Positions 28,349-38,541 are shown, numbered from the stretch's first letter. The stretch: DNA of 64,000 bases from Eubacteriales bacterium (GCA_045653945.1 JAZOML010000016.1:12344-76343); one strand, 5' to 3'. The notes: generated by a model from the letters alone, not told the origin. Made by a program: numbers and translations.

Positions 28349-29875
28349 TTAAGATCTCTTTCTACGGTAGCAAATCACCGTACCCGTAACGATAACGCAC
28401 GTTGGCAGCACTGCGGTAAACAGTATAGTCCAAAAATACGCCATACCAGTTGAAATAGTGAGCGCTTCACTGTCAAACGGTTTTATATCAATACCGACAG
28501 GGATAAGCTTTTTGCTCATCTGGTCGGCAAGCATATAAATAATATCGCGGTTGGCAAACTCACTCGACGCAAGATAATTTGAAGCAACGTACCCCTCAGA
28601 TGTAACGAACATATAGTTCTTTACAGGCTGCTCGGCAATATACTTGGTGCTCTTAACAAGCACTGCTATTGCGTGTTGACCTGACTTGTCGTTAAGGGTT
28701 GCGCCGTTGTGCGAATACAGCACAGGGTCATAGCTTCTTCCAAGTGCGGTATTTTCGTCGCCCTTGTCCGCCCAAGTACAGGTGAAGGCAAGCGCATTGT
28801 CTATAACTGTGGGAGGAGGATTGTCGCTCTGTCGAATATAATCGTGGAGCGAGGCGGCAAAATCACCCTCGTTTCTCATAGGATAGTCAGCCATTATCGA
28901 GGTATCCCCACTGCCTACCATAGAGTTATTGCCGTCAATAACTATCCCCTTTTCTACCGCAACACCCCACTCCGCAAGGAAGCTCTTGAAGTTTACTAGC
29001 TCCTTTTTGCTGTCGGTAGTAGTCATAATCTCAGGAGATAGGAAAACAAGCGCATTACCCATCTGGTCAGCCATAAATCTGCGAATCTTCTGCAGCTCCG
29101 TATTTCTCTCAAAATCGTAGGTAGGTGAGTTGATGACTATTATCTTTGCATCGTCAAGCGTTGCTTCAGTCTGTCTTAAATCAATACTTCTTACGTCAAA
29201 GCCGACGTCCTCAAGCATCTCCCAAATAGCAGGCTTATTTCCTGCGCCGTCCGTAATCTTTTCACCGTGTCCCTCGGTAAAATAACAAATCGGAGCCTCC
29301 TCGCAAAGCGAAATAATGTACGAGGTAAAGCAAAGCTCACCCTTAAACGCATATATTTGCTGCGACTCAGAATCATAGGTAAAGAAGTTGTCGTAGTCAA
29401 GGACTCTGGGAATTGACGACTTGTTGCTCTCCATAATTATATTGTAGCTGCGAAGCGAAATATCGTGCTGTGTGGTGTACTCGCTTACAAGCTCGGGGTG
29501 CTTATTTATATCAAGAAAGGTTACCTTTATGTTGTCGGGAAATCTTCTCTGATACGTTTCAATGCACTTGTAGATAAAAAAGCCTTGCGCATTGTCAAGA
29601 ATTCTATCCTTTTCCTGACAGAAGATAATCTGAACTTGTACGTCAGAGGTAAGAACACCGTCAAGCAGCTGATAGGAATAATCGGTAATTCCGTATTCCC
29701 TCTCGCCTGTCAAATCAATATACCAACCAAATGAATATGTAATAGCATAAATTGCGGCGTTGAATATAATAATAAGTGCAACGAGAAGAACAGTAAGCGT
29801 TACCGCAAGCGAGCCGTACTTTAAATTCCTGTTGTTTTTCATTTTACTGAATAAAGAGGTCTTGTTTTTTTCCAT
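28349..29875 (-). CDS. GldG-like ABC transporter auxiliary component
   Basis: IDLTG..EYGIT, YFTEGHGE, IIVINSPTYDF, N- and C-terminal TM helices. Confidence 0.8.
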   Translation of the reverse strand: MEKNKTSLFSKMKNNRNLKYGSLAVTLTVLLVALIIIFNAAIYAITYSFGWYIDLTGEREYGITDYSYQLLDGVLTSDVQVQIIFCQEKDRILDNAQGFFIYKCIETYQRRFPDNIKVTFLDINKHPELVSEYTTQHDISLRSYNIIMESNKSSIPRVLDYDNFFTYDSESQQIYAFKGELCFTSYIISLCEEAPICYFTEGHGEKITDGAGNKPAIWEMLEDVGFDVRSIDLRQTEATLDDAKIIVINSPTYDFERNTELQKIRRFMADQMGNALVFLSPEIMTTTDSKKELVNFKSFLAEWGVAVEKGIVIDGNNSMVGSGDTSIMADYPMRNEGDFAASLHDYIRQSDNPPPTVIDNALAFTCTWADKGDENTALGRSYDPVLYSHNGATLNDKSGQHAIAVLVKSTKYIAEQPVKNYMFVTSEGYVASNYLASSEFANRDIIYMLADQMSKKLIPVGIDIKPFDSEALTISTGMAYFWTILFTAVLPTCVIVTGTVICYRRKRS

Positions 29876-29891
29876 TTTTTCTTACCTCCTA

Positions 29892-30620
29892 TTAAGCCCA
29901 GCGACGCTTTTCGTAAATTCTTACTGTTACGAAAAGACAGGTAAAAGCAAAGGTTACGTAGTAAATAAGCGAGGCAATATCAAAATATCCCTTTGTGAAA
30001 TTTGAAAATCTCGCATAAATACTGAGCCAGTTGAATATTACACGAATAGGCGCAAAGCTTATATATGTATTAAGCAGCGATACGCCAAGTAAAATAATAG
30101 ATACCGCAAGAGTGCCAACCGCCGCTATCATCTGATTTTCGGTTAAAGCGGAAATCAGCATACCGATAGCAATAAACGTAGCGCCGACAAGAAGCAGGGC
30201 TATACAGCCGCCAAGCGCCTGAGGAGCATTGTAGGTGTAATAGTTTGTTTGGTCCGAAATGTAGAAAAACATAACGGGCAGATTGATGCAGCTGACAAGG
30301 AATGTCAGAACAAACATCGTGTACGATGCAAAAAACTTTGCCGCAACAAAGCCCGATAGCGAAACGGGGCTTGTAAGAAGAAGCTGCTCTGTACGAAGCT
30401 TTTTCTCTTCTGAAAACGCCTTCATCGTTAGCAGCGGACTCATAAGAGCAATAACTATAAGCTCAACCGTAAAATAAGTTGAAACACTTGCCTCAGGACC
30501 TGCAAGGAAGGTAAACATTGAGAAAACGAAGCTGGATATTGCCCAAAACATCGCTATATAAATATATCCCATAGGGGTTACGAAGAACGAGTGTAGCTCT
30601 CGCTTGTAAATAGCCGTCAT
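29892..30620 (-). CDS. ABC-2 permease (GldF-like)
   Basis: AIYKRELHSFF, PLLTMKAFSEEKK.RTEQLLLTSP, ISALTENQMIAA. Confidence 0.88.
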   Translation of the reverse strand: MTAIYKRELHSFFVTPMGYIYIAMFWAISSFVFSMFTFLAGPEASVSTYFTVELIVIALMSPLLTMKAFSEEKKLRTEQLLLTSPVSLSGFVAAKFFASYTMFVLTFLVSCINLPVMFFYISDQTNYYTYNAPQALGGCIALLLVGATFIAIGMLISALTENQMIAAVGTLAVSIILLGVSLLNTYISFAPIRVIFNWLSIYARFSNFTKGYFDIASLIYYVTFAFTCLFVTVRIYEKRRWA

Positions 30621-31576
30621 TTTCTTCCCGCCTTTCTTACGTTTGCTTCTCTTGTAATGCTCATAAATACGTCCTCAAGTGATGAGGTAGCCGTTTCCAT
30701 ACCGAGTATCGGTGTACCCATTTCGGCGCAAAGAGTAAATACATCTCGTCTTACGTCGCATCCGTCCTTGCTTTCTATCTTGAAAACAATTCCGTCGCCC
30801 GAATTTATATCCCTTCCTGCCTCAACGTGAGCAACTCCGTCAATAGCCGAAAGCCTTTCGATAAGCTCCTTTCGAGGGCCTGCTATACGTACCGAAAGAC
30901 GCCTTGCGCCGTTCATAAGCTCGGTGAGCCTGTCGGTTTTCTCGTCAGCCGCTATCTTTCCCTTGTTCATAATAATTATACGGTCGCAAACCGCCTGAAC
31001 CTCAGAAAGCACGTGAGTACTTAAAATAACCGTGTGGTCGCGTCCAAGACTGCGTATAAGATTTCTTATCTCTATTATTTGCTTTGGGTCAAGACCAACG
31101 GTAGGCTCGTCAAGAATAATAATTCTCGGATTTCCTATAAGAGCCTGCGCAATACCAACTCTTTGACAGTAGCCCTTTGATAGATTTTTTATCAAGCGGT
31201 CTCTCATATCAACTATTTTAGTAACCTCGCAAACCTCCATTATGTGCTTGTCGCGGTTGAGAGTGCAGCCCATAAGCTCGTAAACGAAGTTAAGATACTC
31301 CTTAACCTTCATTTCGGGATAAAGGGGCGGCAGGTCGGGAAGATAGCCTATAAGCTTCTTTGCCTCGGTAGGATTTTCAAGTATTTCGAACATATCAACG
31401 GTAACAGATCCGGAGGTGTATGAAAGATACCCCGTAATAATGTTCATTATCGTAGTCTTACCTGCGCCGTTAGGTCCTAGAAATCCTACGACCTCTCCCT
31501 TGCCAATCTCAAAGGATACGTCGCTTACCGCATACTTCTTTCCGTATTTTTTTACTAAATTTTCGACTTTAAGCAT
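30617..31576 (-). CDS. ABC transporter ATP-binding protein (GldA-like)
   Basis: GPNGAGKT, LSKGYCQRVG, ILDEPTVGLDP, LSTH. Confidence 0.92.
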   Translation of the reverse strand: MLKVENLVKKYGKKYAVSDVSFEIGKGEVVGFLGPNGAGKTTIMNIITGYLSYTSGSVTVDMFEILENPTEAKKLIGYLPDLPPLYPEMKVKEYLNFVYELMGCTLNRDKHIMEVCEVTKIVDMRDRLIKNLSKGYCQRVGIAQALIGNPRIIILDEPTVGLDPKQIIEIRNLIRSLGRDHTVILSTHVLSEVQAVCDRIIIMNKGKIAADEKTDRLTELMNGARRLSVRIAGPRKELIERLSAIDGVAHVEAGRDINSGDGIVFKIESKDGCDVRRDVFTLCAEMGTPILGMETATSSLEDVFMSITREANVRKAGRK

Positions 31577-31716
31577 AACTTACTGTCCTTTATATAAAAT
31601 TAAATAGTATTCTATAACATTATATCATATAAAAATAAATAAATCTTGTACGCATTTTAACGCTTTTTACAAAATTCAGCCATATTTTACCTTTTAGAGC
31701 AGAAAGGCGGTCATTT

Positions 31717-33132
31717 ATGAGCAAAGAAAACACTCCAAATAAAGACTTAAAATATTTCGGTACAGACGGCTTTCGGGGTGAGGCAGGCAAGGACTTAACC
31801 TCTCTCCACGCATATAAAATAGGACGGTTTCTCGGGTGGTACTACGGACACGTGGAACGAAAAATGCCCGACATCCGCCCCAAAATCGTCATCGGCAAGG
31901 ACACCAGGCTTTCAAGCTACACTCTTGAATATGCAATTGCCACAGGAATAACCGCCTCAGGCGCTGACGCCTATATCCTGCACGTAACAACCACACCAAG
32001 CGTATCCTTCGTAACAAGACAGGACGATTTTGACTGCGGTATAATGATAACCGCCTCTCACAATCCCTTTTATGACAACGGTGTCAAGGTTCTTAACCGC
32101 TACGGAGAAAAGCTGGATGATAAAACCACGTCGCTTATTGAAAGCTACCTTGATAACGACCTTGCCGCGCTTGGCATTGCGGAGAGCGACCTTCCACTCG
32201 CAACCAAAGAAAAAATCGGACGCATAATCGACTACGTTTCGGGAAGAAATCGCTATACGGGGTACCTTATTTCACTCGCCTCACACTCATACAAGCACCT
32301 GCGCATCGGTCTTGACTGCGCAAACGGCGCATCGTGGATGATAGCCGATGCGGTATTCAGCGCACTCGGTGCGCAGACCTTTGTAGTAGGCACAGAGCCA
32401 AGTGGAATAAATATAAACGAGGACTGCGGCTCCACGAATATAAAAAAGCTGCAAAGACTCGTAAAGGAAAAACACCTTGACGTCGGCTTTGCCTTTGACG
32501 GCGATGCAGATAGATGTATTGCGGTAGATGAAAACGGAAAAACGGTTGACGGCGACGGTATTATGTATATCCTTGCCAAAAGACTAAGGGAACGCGGTAT
32601 GCTCAAAGGCGACACAGTGGTTGCTACCGTTATGTCAAATAGCGGACTCACCCTTGCACTTGAAAAAATCGGTATTTCCTGCCTTCAAACGGCAGTAGGC
32701 GATAGATTTGTCTACGAAAAAATGCAGGAAAACGACTATACTCTCGGCGGTGAGCAATCGGGCCACGTTATAATAAAAAAATACGCCACTACGGGCGACG
32801 GAATTTTGACCGCTATAATGGTTGTCGAGCAAATGTGCGACACAAAAATTCCTCTCTCAAAATTGACCGAGCCGCTAAAGCTCTACCCACAGCACTTAAA
32901 AAGCATAAGAGTTGCCGACCAAAACGCCGCAATAAGCGACACGTATGTACAAAAATCACTTGACGAGGTTCAAGCCTCACTCAAAGGCAGAGGCAGAGCC
33001 CTGCTCCGAAAAAGCGGCACTGAACCCGTCATACGCATAATGGTCGAGTGCGAGAGAGAAGACGATGCCGTTTCTTATATCAACAAAATCGAAAAAACTC
33101 TGCTTGACGGGGGACATATATGCAAAAATTAA
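31717..33132 (+). CDS. glmM: Phosphoglucosamine mutase
   Basis: YFGTDGFRG, IGKDTRLS, ITASHNP, FDGDADR, GGEQSGH, RKSGTEPVIRIMVE. Confidence 0.9.
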   Translation: MSKENTPNKDLKYFGTDGFRGEAGKDLTSLHAYKIGRFLGWYYGHVERKMPDIRPKIVIGKDTRLSSYTLEYAIATGITASGADAYILHVTTTPSVSFVTRQDDFDCGIMITASHNPFYDNGVKVLNRYGEKLDDKTTSLIESYLDNDLAALGIAESDLPLATKEKIGRIIDYVSGRNRYTGYLISLASHSYKHLRIGLDCANGASWMIADAVFSALGAQTFVVGTEPSGININEDCGSTNIKKLQRLVKEKHLDVGFAFDGDADRCIAVDENGKTVDGDGIMYILAKRLRERGMLKGDTVVATVMSNSGLTLALEKIGISCLQTAVGDRFVYEKMQENDYTLGGEQSGHVIIKKYATTGDGILTAIMVVEQMCDTKIPLSKLTEPLKLYPQHLKSIRVADQNAAISDTYVQKSLDEVQASLKGRGRALLRKSGTEPVIRIMVECEREDDAVSYINKIEKTLLDGGHICKN

Positions 33133-33788
33133 TAAAAATTACCGACCTTTACAGTGAAATTCCCCAATTCCTCTCTCCACTTTTTTCGCCGCACACCTAC
33201 CCTTGGGAAATACTGCCGAAAATAAAAGCTTTTATAGAAAATTTTATTAAAAATTCGCCTGACGGGTACGCCGAAATAGAAAAAGGAGTGCTTGTCGGTG
33301 AAAACGTCAGCATATCCAAAACCGCCACTATTTTGCCGCCCTGCATAATCGGAAATGATACCGAAATCCGCCCCGGCGCATATATTCGCGGCTCAGTCAT
33401 AATCGGGCAAGGATGCGTAGTCGGTAACTCCACCGAATTAAAAAACTGTATTCTACTTGATAAAACACAAGCTCCGCATTATAATTATATAGGTGATTCA
33501 ATACTCGGAAAAGGCTCACACCTCGGCGCAGGCTCTATTTGCTCTAACCTCAAATCCGACGGAAAATGCGTTGTTATTCACGCCGAATCCGAAATCGAAA
33601 CGGGACTTCGTAAGGTTGGCGCATTTCTCGGTGATAACGCCGACGTCGGCTCGTCCTGTGTCTTAAATCCGGGTACGGTCATCGGCAAAAACACCTCGGT
33701 TTACCCGCTGAACGCCCTGCGAGGCGTTTACCCCGAAAGCTGTATAATAAAATCCCCACAAACGGTTATAAAAAGGAGAACGCTATGA
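33120..33788 (+). CDS. Stand-alone hexapeptide acetyltransferase (GlmU C-terminal-like)
   Basis: Left-handed beta-helix repeats; EIRPGAYIRG, PHYNYIGDSILG, NLKSD. No nucleotidyltransferase domain. Confidence 0.75.
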   Translation: MQKLIKITDLYSEIPQFLSPLFSPHTYPWEILPKIKAFIENFIKNSPDGYAEIEKGVLVGENVSISKTATILPPCIIGNDTEIRPGAYIRGSVIIGQGCVVGNSTELKNCILLDKTQAPHYNYIGDSILGKGSHLGAGSICSNLKSDGKCVVIHAESEIETGLRKVGAFLGDNADVGSSCVLNPGTVIGKNTSVYPLNALRGVYPESCIIKSPQTVIKRRTL

Positions 33789-34495
33789 AATTCATTAAAG
33801 TAGACACATACGCAGAGCTCAGCAAAATCGCAGCCGACCTCATCGCAGAGCAGGTAAAAAATAAGCCTAATTGCGTGCTCGGACTTGCAACGGGAAGCTC
33901 TCCCGTCGGCACCTATGCCAACCTTATCAAAATGTATGAGAACGGCGAGCTTGACTTCTCTGCCGTTACCTCGGTAAACCTCGACGAATACGTCGGACTT
34001 GACGGTGATAACGACCAAAGCTACCGCTACTTTATGGACCATAACCTCTTTTCTCATATTAATATTAATAAGGAAAACACCCACGTCCCCAGCGGCAAGG
34101 CAGAGGACCTGAAAGCCGAAGGACTCCGCTATGACGCTTTTATAAAGAGCCTCGGCGGTATCGACCTTCAACTTCTCGGAATCGGTCTTGACGGACACAT
34201 CGGCTTTAACGAGCCCGACGAATTCTTTACCGCTGAAACACACGAGGTCGTGCTCGATGAGTCCACAATAGAGGCAAACGCACGCTTCTTTGCATCAAAG
34301 GACGACGTTCCCACTAAGGCGATTACAATGGGTATGCTCTCCATTATGCAGGCGAAAAAGATTCTTCTCATCGCAAACGGCGAGAAGAAATGGGACATTC
34401 TGCAAAAGTCCTTCTACGGCCCGATAACCCCCTTTGTTCCTGCCTCTATTCTTCAGCTCCACCCCGACGTAACTGTTATTTATTCGGCTTTTTAA
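33785..34495 (+). CDS. nagB: Glucosamine-6-phosphate deaminase
   Basis: LGLATGSSP, NLDEYVG, LLGIG.DGHIGFNEP, PASILQLH. Confidence 0.95.
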   Translation: MKFIKVDTYAELSKIAADLIAEQVKNKPNCVLGLATGSSPVGTYANLIKMYENGELDFSAVTSVNLDEYVGLDGDNDQSYRYFMDHNLFSHININKENTHVPSGKAEDLKAEGLRYDAFIKSLGGIDLQLLGIGLDGHIGFNEPDEFFTAETHEVVLDESTIEANARFFASKDDVPTKAITMGMLSIMQAKKILLIANGEKKWDILQKSFYGPITPFVPASILQLHPDVTVIYSAF

Positions 34496-34531
34496 AAAAA
34501 GCCTACCAAAAATTTTTGTACGGCTACGCCC
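34486..34531 (+). repeat. Family A copy 7 (nagB TAA lies in the hairpin)
   Basis: GGCTTTTT-aa-AAAAAGCC-TACCAAAAATTTTT-GTACGGCTACGCCC. Confidence 0.75.
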
Positions 34532-34586
34532 AAAACTTATTTGTTTTAGCAGTACTCATTTTTTATTCAATAATATAGCATAAAAT

Positions 34587-34618
34587 AAGCACCAAGCCTG
34601 CTCGACTTGGTGCTTTTT
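34587..34618 (+). terminator. Intrinsic terminator
   Basis: AAGCACCAAG-9 nt-CTTGGTGCTT-TTT. Confidence 0.7.
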
Positions 34619-34760
34619 GTTACCTTATTAAATTTAATCTGTCAGTACGTTATATTCCTATAAACATACTACATTATTAAAGAAAAAATCGGTGTGAAAT
34701 TTAAGATATAAATCCTTTGCGAATAATATTCCCTGTTTTGAAAGAGCCTTGCAGGAGCTA

Positions 34761-34832
34761 TCGCTTACACCGTTACCTTATCGGTGGCGGTGTAAGCGAA
34801 GTTCTTTGCCGAGGCTTTCTTTCAAGAAAGCC
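34761..34832 (-). repeat. Family A copy 8 (reverse) with a 17-bp hairpin tail, next to the nifJ stop
   Basis: TCGCTTACACCGTTACC-ttatc-GGTGGCGGTGTAAGCGA-AGTTCTTTGCCGA-GGCTTTCTT-tc-AAGAAAGCC. Confidence 0.85.
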
Positions 34833-34839
34833 GGAAAAA

Positions 34840-37800
34840 TCACTCGTAAAGCTTGCCCATCTTAACAAGACGCTCGTACTTAGCCTTAGCAGCAGCCTCA
34901 GCCTTGTCGAACAGAGCAGCAGCTCTCTCGGGGAAGGACTGTGCAAGTCTTGCGTAACGAACCTCAGAGGTAATGAACTCCTTGTAGTCAGCAGTAGGCT
35001 CCTTGGAGTCTATTGTGAGTTTGCCCGCCTCAAGGGTGGGGTTGTAGCGGAACATATTCCAGTAGCCTGCGTCAACGGCACGCTTCATTTCGATCTGGCA
35101 GTTCTGCATAGAGCCCTTAACACCGTGCATTTCGCAAGGAGCATAGCCGATGATAAGAGAGGGACCCGGATAAGCCTCAGCCTCGTTAAGAGCCTTGAGG
35201 AACTGGTTCATATCAGCGCCCATAGCAACCTGAGCAACGTAAACGTAGCCGTAGGACATAGCGATTTCAGCGAGGTTCTTCTTGCCGATAGCCTTACCAG
35301 CAGCTGCGAACTGAGCAACCTGACCGATGTTGGAAGCCTTTGAAGCCTGTCCACCGGTGTTGGAGTAAACCTCGGTATCGAATACCATAATGTTTACGTC
35401 CTCGCCGGAAGCAAGTACGTGGTCAAGACCGCCAAATCCGATATCGTAAGCCCAACCGTCTCCACCGAATATCCAAACGGACTTCTTGGAGAGGAATTCC
35501 TTCTCAGCGAGAATTGCGGGAGCTACGGGGCAACCTGCTGCTGCAGCCTTTTCAAGCTCAACAACGAGTGCTGCGGTAGCAGCTTCGTTAGCCTTGCCGT
35601 TATCCTTGGTGTCAAGGTAAGCCTGTGCGGCAGCCTTGAACTCGTCGGAAGCCTTGTCGGAAGCCATCATATCGGTTACCTGTGCGATAAGTCTCTCACG
35701 GATAGCCTTCTGACCGAGATACATACCAAGACCGTGCTCAGCATTGTCCTCGAAGAGGGAGTTACCCCAAGCAGGACCGCGTCCGCTCTCCTTGTTTACG
35801 GTGTAAGGAGTTGCAGGTGCGGAGCCACCCCAAATGGAGGAGCATCCGGTTGCGTTGGAGATGTACATTCTCTCACCGAAGAGCTGGGTAATTACGCGAG
35901 CATAAGATGTTTCAGCACAACCTGCGCAAGAGCCGGAGAACTCAAGGAGGGGCTGCTTGAACTGGCTACCCTTAATGGTGTTGGTGTTGATGATATCCTG
36001 CTTTTCGGAAACGTTTGCTACGCAGTAGTCGAATACTTCCTGCTGTGCGGATTCCTTAACCTGAGGAACCATAGCAAGTGCGTACTCAGCCTGAGCCTTC
36101 TTTGCAACTTCCTTAATAGCAGCCTTATCCTTAGCTGCAACAGCTGCTGCCATTTCGTCAGCATACTTCTTGTCAGCCTTCTGGTTGATAGGACAAGCCT
36201 TTACACAAAGCGTACATCCCATACAGTCAAGGGGAGATACAGCCATTGTGAACTTGTAAGTGGTCTTGATAACGGGCTTTGCGTGGAACTTAGTCTGTGC
36301 AGGAGCCTTTGCAGCCTCTTCCTCGGTAAGAGCGAAGGGACGGATAGTAGCGTGAGGACAAACAAATGCACAGCTGTTACACTGAATACACTTGTCTTCA
36401 ATCCAAGTGGGAACCATAACTGCAACGCCGCGCTTCTCGTATGCAGCAGAGCCCTGCGGGAACTGACCGTCTACGTAGTCAACGAAAGCGGAAACGGGGA
36501 GGCTGTCGCCGTTCATTGCATTGGTGGGGTTAACAACGTTGTTTACGAAGTTAACAAGGTCTACTCTATCGCCCTTAACAACTGCCTTAACAGCATCGTC
36601 GGAGCAATTCTTCCAATCAGCAGGAACGTCTACTGCAACAACTGCGCCTGCACCTGCATCGATAGCGGCATAGTTGAGGTCAACGATAGCCTGTCCCTTC
36701 TTGATGTAGGACTTGTATGCAGCCTTCTTCATATATTCGATAGCGTCAGCTGCGGGAAGAATCTTTGCAAGAGCAAAGAAAGCGGACTGAAGAATAGTGT
36801 TCTTAACCTTTGCGTTACCGATGTTCATAGCGAGCTGGGTAGCGTCGATGGTGTAGAACTTAACGTCGTTTTCAGCGATATACTTCTTAACCTTGCCGGG
36901 GAGGTTTGCGCTGAGCTCCTCAACGGTGCTCCAAGGACAGTCAAGAAGGAAGGTGCCGCCGGGCTTTACATCGTTAACCATATCGTACTTAGTAAGATAT
37001 GCGCGGTTATGACAAGCAACGAAGTCAGCCTTGTTGATATAGTAGGGGCTCTTAATCGGCTTGTCTCCGAAACGAAGGTGAGAAATGGTAATACCGTTTG
37101 TCTTCTTGGAGTCGTACTGATAGTAAGCCTGAATATACTTGTCGGTGTGGTCGCCGATAATCTTAATGGAGTTCTTGTTAGCGCCAACGGTTCCGTCTCC
37201 GCCGAGACCCCAGAACTTGCAGGAAATGGTGCCTGCTGCTGCGGTGTCGGGAGCGGGCTTTTCTTCAAGAGAAAGTCCGGTTACGTCGTCAACGATACCG
37301 ATAGTGAAGCCTGCCTTAGGCTCGTCCTTAGCAAGATTCTCGTATACAGCGAATACGGAGGAAGGAGGAGTATCCTTAGAACCGAGTCCGTAACGTCCGC
37401 CAACAATCTTCTTGTCGTTAATTCCCATAGTAGCAAAGGAGGTAACAACATCAAGGTAGAGAGGCTCACCAAGAGAGCCGGGCTCCTTGGTTCTGTCAAG
37501 AACTGCAATCTTCTTTGCAGTTGCGGGAATTGCCTCAACAAGCTTTGCAGCAACGAAAGGTCTGTAAAGACGAACCTTAACAAGACCAACCTTTTCGCCT
37601 GCAGCGTTCATATAGTCGATAACCTCTTCGATAACGTCGCAGATAGAGCCCATTGCAACGATTACACGGTCAGCATCGGGTGCGCCGTAGTAGTTAAAGA
37701 GCTTGTAGTCGGTGCCAATCTTAGCATTAACCTTGTCCATATACTCCTCAACGATAGCGGGGAAAGCATCATAGAACTTGTTGCAAGCCTCTCTATGCTG

Positions 37801-38499
37801 GAAGAAGATATCGCCGTTTTCAGCAGAGCCGCGAAGAGCGGGATGCTCAGGGTTAAGGGAGTGTGCACGGAAAGCAGCAACTGCGTCCATATCAACCATA
37901 TCCTTAAGCTCATCGAAGTCCCAAACCTCAATCTTCTGAACCTCGTGAGAGGTACGGAAGCCGTCGAAGAAGTTGAGAACCGGAACCTTACCCTTGATGG
38001 TAGCAAGGTGTGCAACAGCACCGAGGTCCATAACCTCCTGAGGGTTGGTTTCAGCGAGCATTGCAAAACCGGTTTGACGACAAGCGTAAACGTCGGAGTG
38101 GTCGCCGAAAATGTTAAGAGCGTGGGATGCTACGCAACGTGCAGATACGTGGAATACACAGGGGAGAAGCTCACCTGCGATCTTGTACATATTGGGGATC
38201 ATAAGAAGAAGTCCCTGCGAAGCGGTGTAGGTGGTGGTAAGAGCACCTGCAGCAAGTGAACCGTGAACAGTACCAGCGGCACCTGCCTCAGACTGCATTT
38301 CGGTAACCTTTACGGGAGTACCGAATACGTTAAGAGCCGGCTTGCCGAGAAGGTTTTTGCCGGTTGCAGCCCACTGGTCAACGTTGTCAGCCATAGGGCT
38401 AGAGGGTGTTATGGGGTAAATACCTGCAACCTCGGTAAACGCGTAAGACACGTGAGCGGCAGCGGTATTTCCGTCCATAGAAAGCTTAGTTCTTGCCAT
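34840..38499 (-). CDS. nifJ: Pyruvate:ferredoxin (flavodoxin) oxidoreductase
   Basis: DGNTAAAHV, YPITPSSPM, MQSEAGAAG, two CxxCxxCxxxCP motifs, FSGSCAGC, GGDGWAYDIG, DTEVYSNTGGQ. Confidence 0.97.
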   Translation of the reverse strand: MARTKLSMDGNTAAAHVSYAFTEVAGIYPITPSSPMADNVDQWAATGKNLLGKPALNVFGTPVKVTEMQSEAGAAGTVHGSLAAGALTTTYTASQGLLLMIPNMYKIAGELLPCVFHVSARCVASHALNIFGDHSDVYACRQTGFAMLAETNPQEVMDLGAVAHLATIKGKVPVLNFFDGFRTSHEVQKIEVWDFDELKDMVDMDAVAAFRAHSLNPEHPALRGSAENGDIFFQHREACNKFYDAFPAIVEEYMDKVNAKIGTDYKLFNYYGAPDADRVIVAMGSICDVIEEVIDYMNAAGEKVGLVKVRLYRPFVAAKLVEAIPATAKKIAVLDRTKEPGSLGEPLYLDVVTSFATMGINDKKIVGGRYGLGSKDTPPSSVFAVYENLAKDEPKAGFTIGIVDDVTGLSLEEKPAPDTAAAGTISCKFWGLGGDGTVGANKNSIKIIGDHTDKYIQAYYQYDSKKTNGITISHLRFGDKPIKSPYYINKADFVACHNRAYLTKYDMVNDVKPGGTFLLDCPWSTVEELSANLPGKVKKYIAENDVKFYTIDATQLAMNIGNAKVKNTILQSAFFALAKILPAADAIEYMKKAAYKSYIKKGQAIVDLNYAAIDAGAGAVVAVDVPADWKNCSDDAVKAVVKGDRVDLVNFVNNVVNPTNAMNGDSLPVSAFVDYVDGQFPQGSAAYEKRGVAVMVPTWIEDKCIQCNSCAFVCPHATIRPFALTEEEAAKAPAQTKFHAKPVIKTTYKFTMAVSPLDCMGCTLCVKACPINQKADKKYADEMAAAVAAKDKAAIKEVAKKAQAEYALAMVPQVKESAQQEVFDYCVANVSEKQDIINTNTIKGSQFKQPLLEFSGSCAGCAETSYARVITQLFGERMYISNATGCSSIWGGSAPATPYTVNKESGRGPAWGNSLFEDNAEHGLGMYLGQKAIRERLIAQVTDMMASDKASDEFKAAAQAYLDTKDNGKANEAATAALVVELEKAAAAGCPVAPAILAEKEFLSKKSVWIFGGDGWAYDIGFGGLDHVLASGEDVNIMVFDTEVYSNTGGQASKASNIGQVAQFAAAGKAIGKKNLAEIAMSYGYVYVAQVAMGADMNQFLKALNEAEAYPGPSLIIGYAPCEMHGVKGSMQNCQIEMKRAVDAGYWNMFRYNPTLEAGKLTIDSKEPTADYKEFITSEVRYARLAQSFPERAAALFDKAEAAAKAKYERLVKMGKLYE

Positions 38500-38541
38500 T
38501 TTTTATTGCCTCCTTAATAGGTATAATTTTTTAACTATTAT

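Noticed and set aside
31577-31716. glmS ribozyme or other riboswitch before glmM
   Set aside because: Short AT-rich divergent promoter region with no structured motif.
35419-38259. 946-aa plus-strand ORF antisense to nifJ
   Set aside because: Codon-register shadow of a highly biased gene that avoids TTA/CTA/TCA; no motifs.
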